A stretch of 64,000 nucleotides of DNA. Source: Tetramitus jugosus (taxonomy: Eukaryota > Protista > Heterolobosea). The notes below the pieces were generated by a model that saw only the letters and a list, made by a program, of their open reading frames with translations, ran no database searches and had not been told where the DNA came from. Each line of letters opens with the position of its first letter. Within the stretch, counting starts at the first letter, position 1. Of the stretch, positions 1 through 11,133 are shown piece after piece. The position numbers and the translations under genes were made by a program. The stretch lies in assembly GCA_937625935.1 (NCBI GenBank), contig OW569346.1, forward strand, positions 310,001-374,000. Reading direction: 5' to 3'.

Positions 1-816
1 GTTTATGGTACTGTTTTTTGTCGATCTGATTTCAAGGATCGTGTCAAGGAGGTTTTTAAAGTAAAGGACTCTAAGCAATTGTCCGCGGCCAACCGAACGA
101 AAATCTTCCAACAGTTGGATGCAGCCACAGAAGACATTTCCTACTTTGTAAACGTTGTGTCTGCAGATGAAATTTCACAAAAGATGCTGCGCCGTCAAAA
201 GTATTCCTTGAATCAGATTTCGTTCGATTGTGCCATTAGTTTGATTGAACAGGTGGTTCAAGAATTGGCAAGGAGGAGTGCTGATGATTCCAATGGCGTG
301 CGGCATGTGCTCCAAGAGGTGTATGTGGACACTGTGGGCAAGCCTGCCAAGTATCAGAGTCTGCTTGAGGAGAAGTTTCCTCTGATTGATGACATTCAAG
401 TGGCTGCCAAGGCTGATGACTTGTTTCCTATTGTTTCAGCTTCTTCTATCATTGCAAAAGTGGTTAGAGATAATATGATTGAGGGATTGTCTGCTGATAA
501 GATTGGATCGGGTTATCCGGGAGATAAACATACAAAGGATTGGTTGGATGAGAATGCTGATGAGGTGTTTGGATTTGATGCGAGGTTGGTTCGTTTCTCG
601 TGGAGTACGATTCCAAAACTCATGAGTGACGACAAATTTGCAACAATTGAATGGAGTGATGACGAAGAGGATGAGGACTCACAACAGACAAGCATGTTCA
701 GTTTTGCCGTGGCAGGAAAGAATACGAGGATGACTGAAGAGCAAAGAGACACAAGTCTTAAACACCGAGACGATTTCTACAAGTCTAGAGGACTGAATAT
801 TGTAACAAACTTTTAA
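1..816 (+). CDS. RNASEH2A: Ribonuclease H2 catalytic subunit A (5'-truncated by window)
   Basis: Frame is open from base 1 (VYGTVFC...DSKQLS). Contains YVDTVG, KADDLFPIVSASSIIAKVVRD, GSGYPGD and VRFSWST, all RNase HII/H2A motifs. Confidence 0.95.
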   Translation, partial: VYGTVFCRSDFKDRVKEVFKVKDSKQLSAANRTKIFQQLDAATEDISYFVNVVSADEISQKMLRRQKYSLNQISFDCAISLIEQVVQELARRSADDSNGVRHVLQEVYVDTVGKPAKYQSLLEEKFPLIDDIQVAAKADDLFPIVSASSIIAKVVRDNMIEGLSADKIGSGYPGDKHTKDWLDENADEVFGFDARLVRFSWSTIPKLMSDDKFATIEWSDDEEDEDSQQTSMFSFAVAGKNTRMTEEQRDTSLKHRDDFYKSRGLNIVTNF

Positions 817-1094
817 CCAATACAACACCAAAAGGTGTGGAGTACTTTGCTGTTTCCATTATACTTAATGCCAGTTTTGTGAACCTTTTATGGTGGTGTA
901 ATTCAACACGAACTATCCAAATATGAGGTGAATTCCCGTAAAACCAGTTGTGAGCGGGAATTCACCGTTTGCGAGGAGTTTTGTTTCTACAGTGAGGTCA
1001 TTTCTTGGTGTGAAAGACCACTGATACCTTTCCAACAAGATCCTCCATCGACCTCTATCACTACAAACATAGATATCTTTACTTCACAAGAGAT

Positions 1095-1989
1095 ATGGTT
1101 GTGACAACAAAGACCAGTATCAAACCGCGCCCAAGTTCTGCCTCTCATCAGCGTCCAAAGTTAAACTCGAATTCTTGGAATCACAGTGGAAAAGCGACAG
1201 GCTCCAAATATTTGGAATCAAAAGACAAGCATTCAAAGAAGGAATCAAGATTTGTTCCTCGATTAGTAAATGTAAGTTACTTCGACGATCGTCATCATCC
1301 TCTTTTGCGAGACTCACACTATCATGTTGATATGTCATTCATAGGATGGTACGAGGAAGAAGATTATTGGGAGGGAAGTTCCAGACCATGGAGATATTGT
1401 TGGTCACAAAAAGTATGTTGTCGACGAAAAGAGCCCTCCCAGAGGAAAGATAACCTTCAACAATAAGAGAAACTATCAGAGTCCTGATCCAGGTCTCCGC
1501 CTCCATTTGAAGCGAGGTGAAGAAGATCGATACAAATCAAATTGGGCGTTGGACGGTTCACTAGTTGGTCCAGAGTCCCCTATTCCCAGAAGAAGGTGCA
1601 TTACACCGTCACAGACATTCCTATCGAATACAAGGACTGAAAAATCAGATCTTGTAGGAGTTCAACGAAAAGGAAGGCCTCAGAGTGCACCTCGAACGTC
1701 ACAATCCACTGAAGGTCTCTTGGATTACGAACCAGAAAAGTATAAAGGACTTGCTCAGGTTGAGTATCAACACTTTATCGGACAAGGCAACAGAAAGAGG
1801 ATTGCATCAGAACTGCTCAGATGCAGCACTTTCGATCCTTTCTCAACTGCCAGTTCCTCTACCTCCATTCTTCTTCCTGCTACTCATTACATCTTTTCCT
1901 CTGGTTCGAGCATGGAGATGCCAATAAGGCCTCGTGCTCTGTTGACATCCAATTCGAGTGGAGTGTCCTCTTCCTTGTCATGGTCATGA
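1095..1989 (+). CDS. Hypothetical basic low-complexity protein, 2 exons (1095-1271, 1345-1989)
   Basis: A GTAAGT donor at 1272 and ATAG acceptor at 1344 (73 nt) join ORF 1095 in frame with ORF 1507-1989. No recognisable domain. Confidence 0.6.
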
Positions 1990-2077
1990 AAAAAATGTGA
2001 TCACAAAAATAACCAGTTGTTGTCAAATGATACTGTACTAATAAATAATAATAATAATTTTATCTCACATAGTACAT

Positions 2078-2404
2078 CTATTTGTGATCCTGTTTACTGT
2101 CCAATGTCTTTTGACCAGTCAAAATGTGGAACCACATGACCCAGTCACCAGCAAACGAATAGAATGGATGCTTGAACGTGGCAGGCTTGTTCTTTTCAAT
2201 GAAAAAATGACCGACCCAGGCAAAGGCGTATCCCATGACCACAGCAACAGGGAACAACAACCAATTCTTTGAAAAGAGGGCAGTGAGCAGCACAAGCAGA
2301 GACAGAGTAGTGCCTACAAAGTGGAGACCTCTGTTCACAGGATGGGAGTGTTCCTTCAAGTAGAAGGGATAAAAATCAGAAAAGGACTTGAATTTGCTGC
2401 TCAT
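2078..2404 (-). CDS. DUF962/Mpo1-like small membrane protein
   Basis: FYPFYLKEHSHPVNRGLHFVGT and WVGHFFIEKNKPATF His motifs with intervening hydrophobic helices. Confidence 0.88.
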   Translation of the reverse strand: MSSKFKSFSDFYPFYLKEHSHPVNRGLHFVGTTLSLLVLLTALFSKNWLLFPVAVVMGYAFAWVGHFFIEKNKPATFKHPFYSFAGDWVMWFHILTGQKTLDSKQDHK

Positions 2405-3713
2405 TGTTGGGATGAATTGAGGTTGTGTGTGGTTCGTTTTCTTGTGGGTGTGGCAAGAGAGATCAAAAGCTTTTTTGCTTGCTGCCTTCTAAAGGAAAAA
2501 ATTTACCGACGTCAATGACAATGGACAAGAGGATTCTGATTAAGGCCTGATATCTTTTATATTCCGCAGGTGTGAAATTCCTAAAGAAGTTTCATATTGT
2601 GTGGCAAACTCAATTCGAAACATGACTCCCTTAAGGCCATGTTGGTTTTGATTGGGATCATCCAATTCCCCTTACAATCCCATTGCAATTTAAACTGGAG
2701 ATCAGCCAATCACATTAGTTGGCAACCAATTTCAAGCATATCTTTCGTCACCACATCTCTTTCGCTGTTTCTCTTTCGCTTGATTGTTGGATGACAGGAT
2801 AGCTGTGTGTTCTGCACGCAGCAATCTCATTCATTGTATCAGTAGTTCTTCTCTGATATCAATCTTAGAATGGGCAATTCGGGTCATAAGTCCTGTGTTC
2901 GATCAATCTCAACAGTTACGAGCGATGAGGTTTACAAAGAAAAGTTACTCGGTTGAAGCTATCTAAAACTTGGGTTCACTAAGCTGACGCTGCTATCTCC
3001 AGTTCACGAACGATACCAGCAGGTTGGTCTACTCTCCTAAGGAGGGAGTATTTTCGCTTCTCCAGGACATAATTTTTCGTTGGGGTCCTGATATGAGTAT
3101 TGTTCTTGCTAGTGCTCGTTGAAGTCCCGTCACCTGCATTTACAGCGGAAAATACGAATTTTTCCGATGACAGCCAGTTGTATTGATGGAATAGATTCAA
3201 GGTTACCGGCGACTCAAGTCCTCTATAGCATGAACTGTAGTGAGACGGGCCAATAGGTGATGGGAGAATCTCTGTTGCCCTCAAAAGTGCATTTGTTTAA
3301 ATGGACAGTCGTCCAACGGAGCATTTGGATGACTTCACATACTTTTTAGGAAAAGAAAACCCATGTTTCCTCCTGGATATTCCATAAAAAGAGACAACAG
3401 GTGTTGAGAATCGTAAGAGACGCAGTTATTATTATATAAGATTCTATTCCAAGCTAATTATTGTACTTGGCCGTCATCCAGATGGTCTGAATAATGCTTG
3501 TTTAGGGATGAACCCTATCCAGCCATACGGGATGATCTTGCAAGCTACATTATCTGTTTTTTGTCTGTTTGCATTGGTAAGTGTCAATTTTTGGACTGTA
3601 TTCTGGTGTGTTTAAAAAGATAGGTGATTTTAGGTGTTTCAACGATACCACAACAACCCACAAAGAAGTACAAACCAATAATACCATACCAACTCATTCA
3701 TTAGAAACTAGTC

Positions 3714-4562
3714 ATGAAGTTCCAACTTGTTATCGCTTGCCTGTTAGCTTTGATTTACTCTGCTATCGCGGTTTCTATTTCTGTAGATATTACTGCGTCC
3801 AAGGATGCCCAGGTGACATATCAATCCAAGGCATGTCCCTATCCAACCTGCTCCAACCAAGGAGCATCCACCTCTATCGTCATTGGAAACTATGAAATTA
3901 CTAGTGAGGGTTACTTTGGATTTTCTCTTTCTTCCATTCCATCCACTGCCAATATTCTGTCCGCCAAACTCAAATTACCTTCTGGTTTCTCTCCATATGG
4001 ATCTCAACCAATTACATTGACGGTCAACCAAATAGTTGATAACTCTGCTTGGTCTGAATCTACTATCGTCTGGGACAACAAGCCTTCTTTCAGTCCAAGT
4101 GCTCTCGGTACTACCTCTTTCGTCGCTCCAGGCCCAGCTGATCCTTTGGATGTTACATCTGCTGTTTCTGGTGCTCGCATTACTGGTTCTATCGGATTTA
4201 GAGTTGTAACTTCTTTGAATGTGTTCCTCCACTCTAAGGAGTCTGGAAACGGAGCAATTTTAACTGTGGAGTACGAAGAATCAACTGCTGTAACTCCTTC
4301 TTGTAATTGTCCAACTGGAACCCAATGTTGCCAAAACATTTGCTACAATCCAAGCGCACACGCTTGCTTGAATGGAATGTTGTGTCCTTTAGGAACCCAG
4401 AGATGTGGTGATAGCTGTTTCGATCCTACCAAGTACACATGCTCCCAAACAGGTAACACGCTCTGTCCTGTTGATACTGTTCCTTGCGGAGCTGCTTGTA
4501 TTGACACCAAGGTTTATCAGTGCTGTAACGATGTCATTCGAAGTCTTTCAGATCAATGCTAA
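3714..4562 (+). CDS. Secreted protein: DNRLRE/CBM96-like domain plus C-terminal CBM52-like Cys-rich repeats
   Basis: Signal peptide MKFQLVIACLLALIYSAIA. DNRLRE-type pattern (SKDAQV, FGFSLSSIP..ANILSAKLKL, WSESTIVWDNKP, LDVTSAV, HSKES...LTVEY). Tail has CYNP..HAC..LCP / CGDSCFDP..YTC repeats. Confidence 0.7.
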   Translation: MKFQLVIACLLALIYSAIAVSISVDITASKDAQVTYQSKACPYPTCSNQGASTSIVIGNYEITSEGYFGFSLSSIPSTANILSAKLKLPSGFSPYGSQPITLTVNQIVDNSAWSESTIVWDNKPSFSPSALGTTSFVAPGPADPLDVTSAVSGARITGSIGFRVVTSLNVFLHSKESGNGAILTVEYEESTAVTPSCNCPTGTQCCQNICYNPSAHACLNGMLCPLGTQRCGDSCFDPTKYTCSQTGNTLCPVDTVPCGAACIDTKVYQCCNDVIRSLSDQC

Positions 4563-4811
4563 GTATTACAGGATACTCCTCCTGACCATTGTAAATACCT
4601 CGACTCCCTATCTATCATATTTAAGTTTGTAAATAAATCATTGTTATAGATCATCCATGGAAATGTTTCCAAGTGTATGGCCATCAAAAAATCTAACAAG
4701 GTTGCAGCAGGTAATCTAATCTTTGGATGAAAAGTAATAGTTCATGAAGAACTTTTCCATTGGAAAAGAACCATCGAAATACTTACATTAGTTCACAAGG
4801 GATTTATTATT

Positions 4812-5729
4812 TTACATTGATTTCTTGATGTTTTGAGCAGTTTTCTTCGCATGATCCTTCATCTCACCAGCCTTTTTTTCAACCTGCTTCACAATCTTCT
4901 CCTCTTCCATCAAGTTAGATAAACCCCCTTTGGCAGAGTCAACAACACTTCTCACAACTGGAACAACATTTTCTTGAACTACATCGTTCAACGTACCAGC
5001 TGTCTTGCCCATCATTTCCTTTGCTTCGTTCACATACTCTGAAGTGACCTCTGTTGCTTTTTGAACAGCATCAGATGCCTTTTCCTTGATGATTGGTGCT
5101 GTTTCTTGAACTTTTTCCACAGTTTTATCGATAATGCCCTTTGCTGTTTGAGCTGCTTGAGTTGCACCTTGAGAGATCTTTTCCTTGATAATAGGAGCAT
5201 TCTCCTTTATCGATTCTCCGACAATCTCTGCATACTCTCGAGTCACTCCTGCAGTGTTTGAAATAACTTCCCTCGTGGCTTCAGCTGTCTTACCAGCGAT
5301 TCCTTTTGTGATCTCTGATGCTGTTTGAACCATCTCCACTGTCTTTTCTGCCATGATTGGAACCTGTGTCTCCACAGTTTCCTTCACATCGCTTGCCACT
5401 TGGGAAATCTTGTTCGTGGCAATGTCAATTGCTTCCCTTGTTTTAATTGCTGCCTCGTTACCGAAAATCTCAGCATTCTTCACCATATTCCTTACTCTGT
5501 CGCTTACAATTGGCATATTTTTGTAAATGGAATCGCGGATGGCTCGCTTGATTTTTGGAGGAATTTTCATATTTCTGACTTGTTCCTCTAGATTGATCCC
5601 GTGTGGTTCGTCATTGTTGAGATCTCTGTTGCGGAAACGAAGTGGTCTCTCTGTCGCAACAAGTGATAATGAAAACACGAGTAGGGTCAGGGCTGTCAAG
5701 ATTAGTGCTATTGTAGTTCGATTTTGCAT
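4812..5729 (-). CDS. Secreted LEA/apolipophorin-like amphipathic helical repeat protein
   Basis: ATG at 5729 is followed by a signal peptide (IALILTALTLLVFSLSLVA). Body is A/K/E/T-rich with quasi-repeats (KENAPIIKEK / QETAPIIKEK). Confidence 0.65.
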   Translation of the reverse strand: MQNRTTIALILTALTLLVFSLSLVATERPLRFRNRDLNNDEPHGINLEEQVRNMKIPPKIKRAIRDSIYKNMPIVSDRVRNMVKNAEIFGNEAAIKTREAIDIATNKISQVASDVKETVETQVPIMAEKTVEMVQTASEITKGIAGKTAEATREVISNTAGVTREYAEIVGESIKENAPIIKEKISQGATQAAQTAKGIIDKTVEKVQETAPIIKEKASDAVQKATEVTSEYVNEAKEMMGKTAGTLNDVVQENVVPVVRSVVDSAKGGLSNLMEEEKIVKQVEKKAGEMKDHAKKTAQNIKKSM

Positions 5730-5955
5730 TCTGTCTGATGTTATAGAAGGGTCGTTCGAGGGTTTCTGTTTCTTTCTTTTGTTGAGCTTCTGTGGAACGA
5801 GTTCAAGATGAGTTTTTATTCCCATGCTTTCGATTACCCCAAAGAATAATTAGCTCCTTATGTTCCAAATATGACTTTGGGTTTTTTTGTAAGGTATCGC
5901 GGAGTTTTACAAAAGAGCGAATACAACATTCAAAAGAATATATTGTTGTGCAAAA

Positions 5956-6771
5956 TTATTGTTCCTCTCCTTGCATTTGGAAATGTTTAGCCAACAAATT
6001 ATCCCTCCAAGCTATTAAGTCTTGATACTGTTCCTCCAGTGGATCAGTGGCTGCTAACCTACTTGCCTTTGACAGCTTCAAGTACTGATCATCCATTGGT
6101 TTCAACAACTGCAATGCAGCCGCAATTGTAATATCAGCAAAAGTGAACTGATCTCCCACCATGTACTGTCGATTACCCTCCTTCAAGTGCTCTCTCACTT
6201 CATCAAGGTGTCGTGTAGCGATTTTTTGGTTGCCTTCAATCGTGTTCGCCGTGCGACCATCTTGCTCATTCGCGTACTTGTTGACAATGTAGCCTACTGC
6301 ACTTGAATAGACGCAACGAGACACGAAACCAAATGTTTTGGCCCAAGAAGGCAATAACTCTTGTTGGAGCTCTTCACTCTGCGCAGAACGCATCATGCCA
6401 GTGATTCTCAATGGATCCAAGATGGCATCGGACGTTTGAATCCATTTTTCAATCTCAGCTTCATGTTCTGAGGGAAATAGCTTTGGAGCTGCACTAGTGC
6501 TATTGTGATGATCAGCAAACTTTGCAATGTCCACAGAATCAGCCAACACTTGTTGCTGTTCAACGAACATGACTGGTACTGTAATTTGGCCGGACCATTT
6601 TCCCATTTTGTAACGCAACCATGGCTCACTTATTTTTGGAGTGTATTCCGTGTAGGAGTAGGGGATGCCGTGATGACCCAGCGCCCAACGTGCGCGTAAG
6701 CTCCAAGGGGAGAAACGAATGCACACGAGTTGGATGTTCGATTTGTCCAGTTGTTGTTCTTGTTGACTCAT
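5956..6771 (-). CDS. Glutathione S-transferase family protein
   Basis: SPWSLRARWAL, TVPVM, LADSVDIA and the C-terminal YMVGDQFTFADITIAA capping motif. Confidence 0.88.
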   Translation of the reverse strand: MSQQEQQLDKSNIQLVCIRFSPWSLRARWALGHHGIPYSYTEYTPKISEPWLRYKMGKWSGQITVPVMFVEQQQVLADSVDIAKFADHHNSTSAAPKLFPSEHEAEIEKWIQTSDAILDPLRITGMMRSAQSEELQQELLPSWAKTFGFVSRCVYSSAVGYIVNKYANEQDGRTANTIEGNQKIATRHLDEVREHLKEGNRQYMVGDQFTFADITIAAALQLLKPMDDQYLKLSKASRLAATDPLEEQYQDLIAWRDNLLAKHFQMQGEEQ

Positions 6772-6954
6772 GGAAGTGACTTTGCTTGATATTTTCAAGT
6801 GTGTTGTGTTGTGTTTTGATTGGGATCTCTTCAACAGAATCTCATGCCAGTTTTATGCCGCGGCAACTGTTCTGCCTATCCCATGAGTTCATCCTCCTTT
6901 TCGAAGAGCCGCATGTTTGGTATTTGTGCGCAAGGATTCTTCATTTTTTTTATT

Positions 6955-7362
6955 TTACAACTCTTGTTTGTCATCGAGTTTTTGTTTCTTCTTTGGGGAT
7001 TCTTCGAGCTCTTCTGAAGAGGTGGTTGCAACCTCAACAACACTTTGATTCACTTCTGAAGAAGCTTCTTGTGGCACAAGTTCTTTGTCCACTGAAGTAG
7101 AGAGCTCACCACTCTGTGTGTTGCTCTCTTGTTCTCTAGGTCTTTTGTTGTCGTTCATCACTGGAGAGTGATCAGCAACAGCAGGCACTCCATCAACTTG
7201 AGAGCTCACAGACTCAACTTCTTTTTCTTGTGGTTGAGAAGTTTCAGAGGGGCTGGCTTGGTCCAAAAGGGGTGAACAACTTGATTCAACTTGTTGTATT
7301 TCAGTTTGGCTTGACTCCTTTGTGATGATATCGACAGCAGATTGGGATAGAACTTGGCTCAT
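6955..7362 (-). CDS. Small acidic disordered protein with basic NLS-like motifs
   Basis: 135-aa ATG ORF, S/E/Q-rich, with KRPR and PKKKQKL motifs. Confidence 0.6.
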   Translation of the reverse strand: MSQVLSQSAVDIITKESSQTEIQQVESSCSPLLDQASPSETSQPQEKEVESVSSQVDGVPAVADHSPVMNDNKRPREQESNTQSGELSTSVDKELVPQEASSEVNQSVVEVATTSSEELEESPKKKQKLDDKQEL

Positions 7363-7586
7363 GGTAGAAATTAGCTCTTGGGCGGTAGTTATCGAATTGA
7401 GTGTATTTAGTGTATTGGTTATTTGGGTGTATTTAGTGTATGTGGTTGTTGTAGGTTTTTTGAGCTCGTTTTTATAGGGTTGGCAAGCGTAGAGGTGTGG
7501 CAGGTGAACGTCAGCAGTTCGTGCAACATCTGGAATTTTTTTGGTTAATTGTTTGTATTTACAATGAATTTGGGCGCGAACAGTTC

Positions 7587-8786
7587 CTACAGTATTTCGT
7601 ACACGTGCAGAGTGGAACCGGAGAGCTCTGTGACAAGCAAATGGTTGTCAGATGTGACACAGATACCACTGGGCCACTTGGCATCATGTAAATCCCAACT
7701 GGACAAAAACCGTCTCTCTTTCGCATCAAACGCAAGTATCTTGTTGTTCCTTGCGTCACACACAAGTAAAAGTCCAGAGTTCGTCAAAGTCATGCACTCT
7801 GGCTGGAAGTCATTTCCTTCATCATCCTTATGCGTAATACTGAACAAGTATTGGCCTTCTTGATCAAACGCTTGCAGCCTGCAGTTGTGTTCATCACTCA
7901 CAATGATCATACCATCACTCGTAACAGCAATATCACACGGTGTATTGAATTTGCCAATCTCTGATGATCCCTTTCTCCATCCTCTGCCCTCCTCACCAGC
8001 GCCAATTGCACGCTTGAAATTTCCTTCACAATCAAAAATCTGTATCCGGTGGTTGCACGAATCAACAACATAAATGTTGTCGTGGCTGTCCACAGCAACT
8101 CCCGAAGGCCCTTCAAATTGTCCATTGTCGCAGCCATTAGAACCAAACGATTTGATAAATGTGAAGTCCTTAGCCAAAAACATTTGGATACAATGATTGT
8201 CGCCATCACCCACAATCAGAACCCCCTTGGAATTGACAACTACACCATGAGGGAACCGAAACTGACCTTGATTGGAACCTTTCATTCCCAATGATTGAAT
8301 AGACGTTCCACCACCTCCACCATCTGTACTCACACTTGTTGCATCATAGACTTGAATCCGATGATTGTCACAATCACTCACAAAAATTTTACCGGTCGAG
8401 CGATCGCAAGTCACAAAGTATGGATTCCTGAATTGACCTATTCCTCGACCCAGAGATCCCACTTGTTGTTTGAACCGTATGGAAAAACTTTTATCCCTTT
8501 TCTTTTCTTCTGTAACTGACTCATCGGTGCTAGCTGCGGGCATAGTATTTCGATTTATCCGATCTGGGGAGTTGGGCTTTTCGTCGGAGGAATCTTGAGG
8601 GCTTTTGGTCTGTTGGTCAAAATCATAGTGTAATTTGTCGCTTGTTTGTTCATTGTCGCATGATTCAGTTTTTATCTCTTTTCTGGGTCTTTCAAGGCTG
8701 TTGTCATTGGAATGGACATTGGCATGTTCCAAGTCATCGGTTTCATCATCTGTTCGACTTCTCTTCTTTGAGGAATCAACTGGCAT
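7587..8786 (-). CDS. NHL-repeat beta-propeller protein
   Basis: Repeated GQFxxPxGV...VxDxxNHRIQ units and a disordered N-terminus. First ATG at 8786. Confidence 0.9.
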   Translation of the reverse strand: MPVDSSKKRSRTDDETDDLEHANVHSNDNSLERPRKEIKTESCDNEQTSDKLHYDFDQQTKSPQDSSDEKPNSPDRINRNTMPAASTDESVTEEKKRDKSFSIRFKQQVGSLGRGIGQFRNPYFVTCDRSTGKIFVSDCDNHRIQVYDATSVSTDGGGGGTSIQSLGMKGSNQGQFRFPHGVVVNSKGVLIVGDGDNHCIQMFLAKDFTFIKSFGSNGCDNGQFEGPSGVAVDSHDNIYVVDSCNHRIQIFDCEGNFKRAIGAGEEGRGWRKGSSEIGKFNTPCDIAVTSDGMIIVSDEHNCRLQAFDQEGQYLFSITHKDDEGNDFQPECMTLTNSGLLLVCDARNNKILAFDAKERRFLSSWDLHDAKWPSGICVTSDNHLLVTELSGSTLHVYEIL

Positions 8787-8993
8787 GAGGTGAAAACGCA
8801 CGGGACTTCACAGTAAGTAACAAGAAGACACAAGAAGAGGGTGTTATATTGATTTTATAGGCCATGAAACGCGATACCTTCCAATGCTTTCTGCTGGGGG
8901 AAGGGCCTTAATTCTCCGCCAGAACAATTTTGGCGATTCTAGAAGAGTCAATGGGAGCAGAATAGGTCACACGGGCGAGCAATGAGAAGATAT

Positions 8994-10942
8994 TCATTGT
9001 TGACCGTACTCGAGTGTGAAATTCTCACACTGCTCCAAGTCCGCTGGGGATATAGACGATTTGTTCTTCTTGATACTTGATTCGAAATCGAAGAAGGTCA
9101 CCTCAGGTATGTAGTTAATTTGCTCCTTGTCAGTAAAATCACACAGTGTCTTCTCAACAGCTCTGATATCATCTTGGGTCGATGGTCGATACAACACTGT
9201 TCCATCCAGTGTTTGTCCAATGTTCACAAAGTATTTGCATCCTTCAAGTTTTCGAACTATTTGTTTGAGTTTGTGAAAGCATGTTAGATTTTGGAGTTAA
9301 TAGTTGTGGTTAGTCAACTGAACATACTCGGCTCCATGAGTGCAGCTCGGCATACAACTTCGACATCGCTGCACGAATAACCATCCATTCGTTCTGCCAA
9401 TTCTTCCAACTGAGACGAGGATATGCTGGTTGGTGTATCAACAAGACTTGATTCCAACAATTTTCGAATTCCTTTCTTATCCGGCAATGGAATGTAGATT
9501 CTCTTCTCAAATCTTCTCCTAACAGCACTATCCAACTGCCATGGTAAGTTTGTTGCAGCCAAAACAAAAACATTCTCTTCTCGAGCATCAAGTCCTTGCA
9601 TTTGGACCAATAGTTCTGTTTTCACACGTTTTGCTGTTTCGCTGTCTTGATCATTTCGGGAGGAACACAAACTGTCTATCTCATCGATGAAAATGACACT
9701 AGGTCTCATTTCGTTGGCTCTCTCGAACAGTTCTTTGACTCTTTTCTCACTTTGACCCATCCACTTAGATAACAAGTCAGCTGAAGAAACGGAGAAGAAA
9801 TTTGCTTTGCATTCTTGGGCAAGCGCTTTTGCAAGCAATGTTTTACCTGTTGACAGTGTTCACACAACTAATGTTAACAATACTTGCTATTTGAAACGAG
9901 GAATTAGGACCAAATTCAAGATACAAACCAGTTCCAGGTGGACCATAGAGGAGAATAGCTCTCCATGGTTTTCTCGCTCCTCGAAAGAGCATTGGATGTT
10001 GCTGAGGTAGTATCACAGCTTCCTTCAAACATCTAATAGCCTCTTCCAATCCAACCACTTGCTTGAAGCCTGGAGAGGTTAATGATACATCTCCTTTCCT
10101 GATCATACACTCTAGAGATAGGTAGTAGTATGACGATTAGTTCATGACAAACACAAAGTTATGAAAGAAGATCAAAGATCAACACACCTTTAAAGGAGTA
10201 CTTGTCTCCTCTATCGTCAGATTTTGTGGTTGTTGAATTTGGTTGATTCAGTTGAGAGATATCTTGAAATGAAGGAGCTTTAGCGAAATTAGATTCTTGT
10301 TCTAGGTCGTTTCGATTATGTTCAGGTTGAGTACCAAGAGTGTATTCATCAAAATCTTTCAGGAGAGCAATGGGATCACTTGGAGGGTGACTATGAGTGA
10401 AAGATGATAAGTGTTCTTGTTGGGGAGTAAGATCACCATAGTAAGAGGATCTTTGATTGGTCATTGCTGTTTGGATGGACGTAGTGGTGGTTGTGGTTGT
10501 GGTTGTTTGAGAGAACACGGTATCTTGTTGTTGCTGGAAAGCAAAGCTCTTCTTTAGTTCTTGGATGAATAGGAGTCTACTTTCATAGGTCTTTAACATG
10601 TTTGACAGAACTCTCTTTGCAAGTTCATTCTCCTAATTTGTTGTGTTGATATGAATTCAATGTCGAACAGAAGAAGCAACAGTAGAAAAAACAACAGTTG
10701 AAAATAGGACAAAATACCTCGAATGAGATGGCACAGGACATTGATCTGCTGGCCTTGGAGTAGTATTCCTCAGCTATCGCGTAGTTTTGTTGCTTGTCTT
10801 CTTGTAGAGCTCTCGTGGCCCTATGGAGGAGAACTGTTGTGTGAGTAAGAAAAAGTACAGTATGAAGTTGTTTGTTGAATGAACATTGTATTTACCAGTA
10901 CAAAGTCTCTCTCTGATACTTGAAAACGAGCTTGTTATACAT
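8994..10942 (-). CDS. VPS4: VPS4-like MIT-AAA ATPase (divergent), 6 exons
   Basis: Introns 10821-10895, 10633-10717, 10112-10187, 9847-9928 and 9257-9327 (all GT-AG) restore an MIT helix (ATRALQEDKQQNYAIAEEYY), Walker A GPPGTGKT, pore loop KWMGQSEK, Walker B IFIDEID, MEPIRKL and C-terminal FTLEYGQQ. Confidence 0.85.
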
Positions 10943-11133
10943 TTTCTTTGTTCCGTAAATCATTGGTTCACTCCTTACGAGCGCCAATTCTTGTTTTTTC
11001 ACGACAGTTCTGGCGGGTGACATTTACATTGTTTCGCGCCTAACTCTCAGATATCCGTTTCTTACAGTTCGTTAAACAAATTCGATTCGGAAAACCCATC
11101 AAAAAGTGTACAATTGTCTTAGCGACCATCCAA

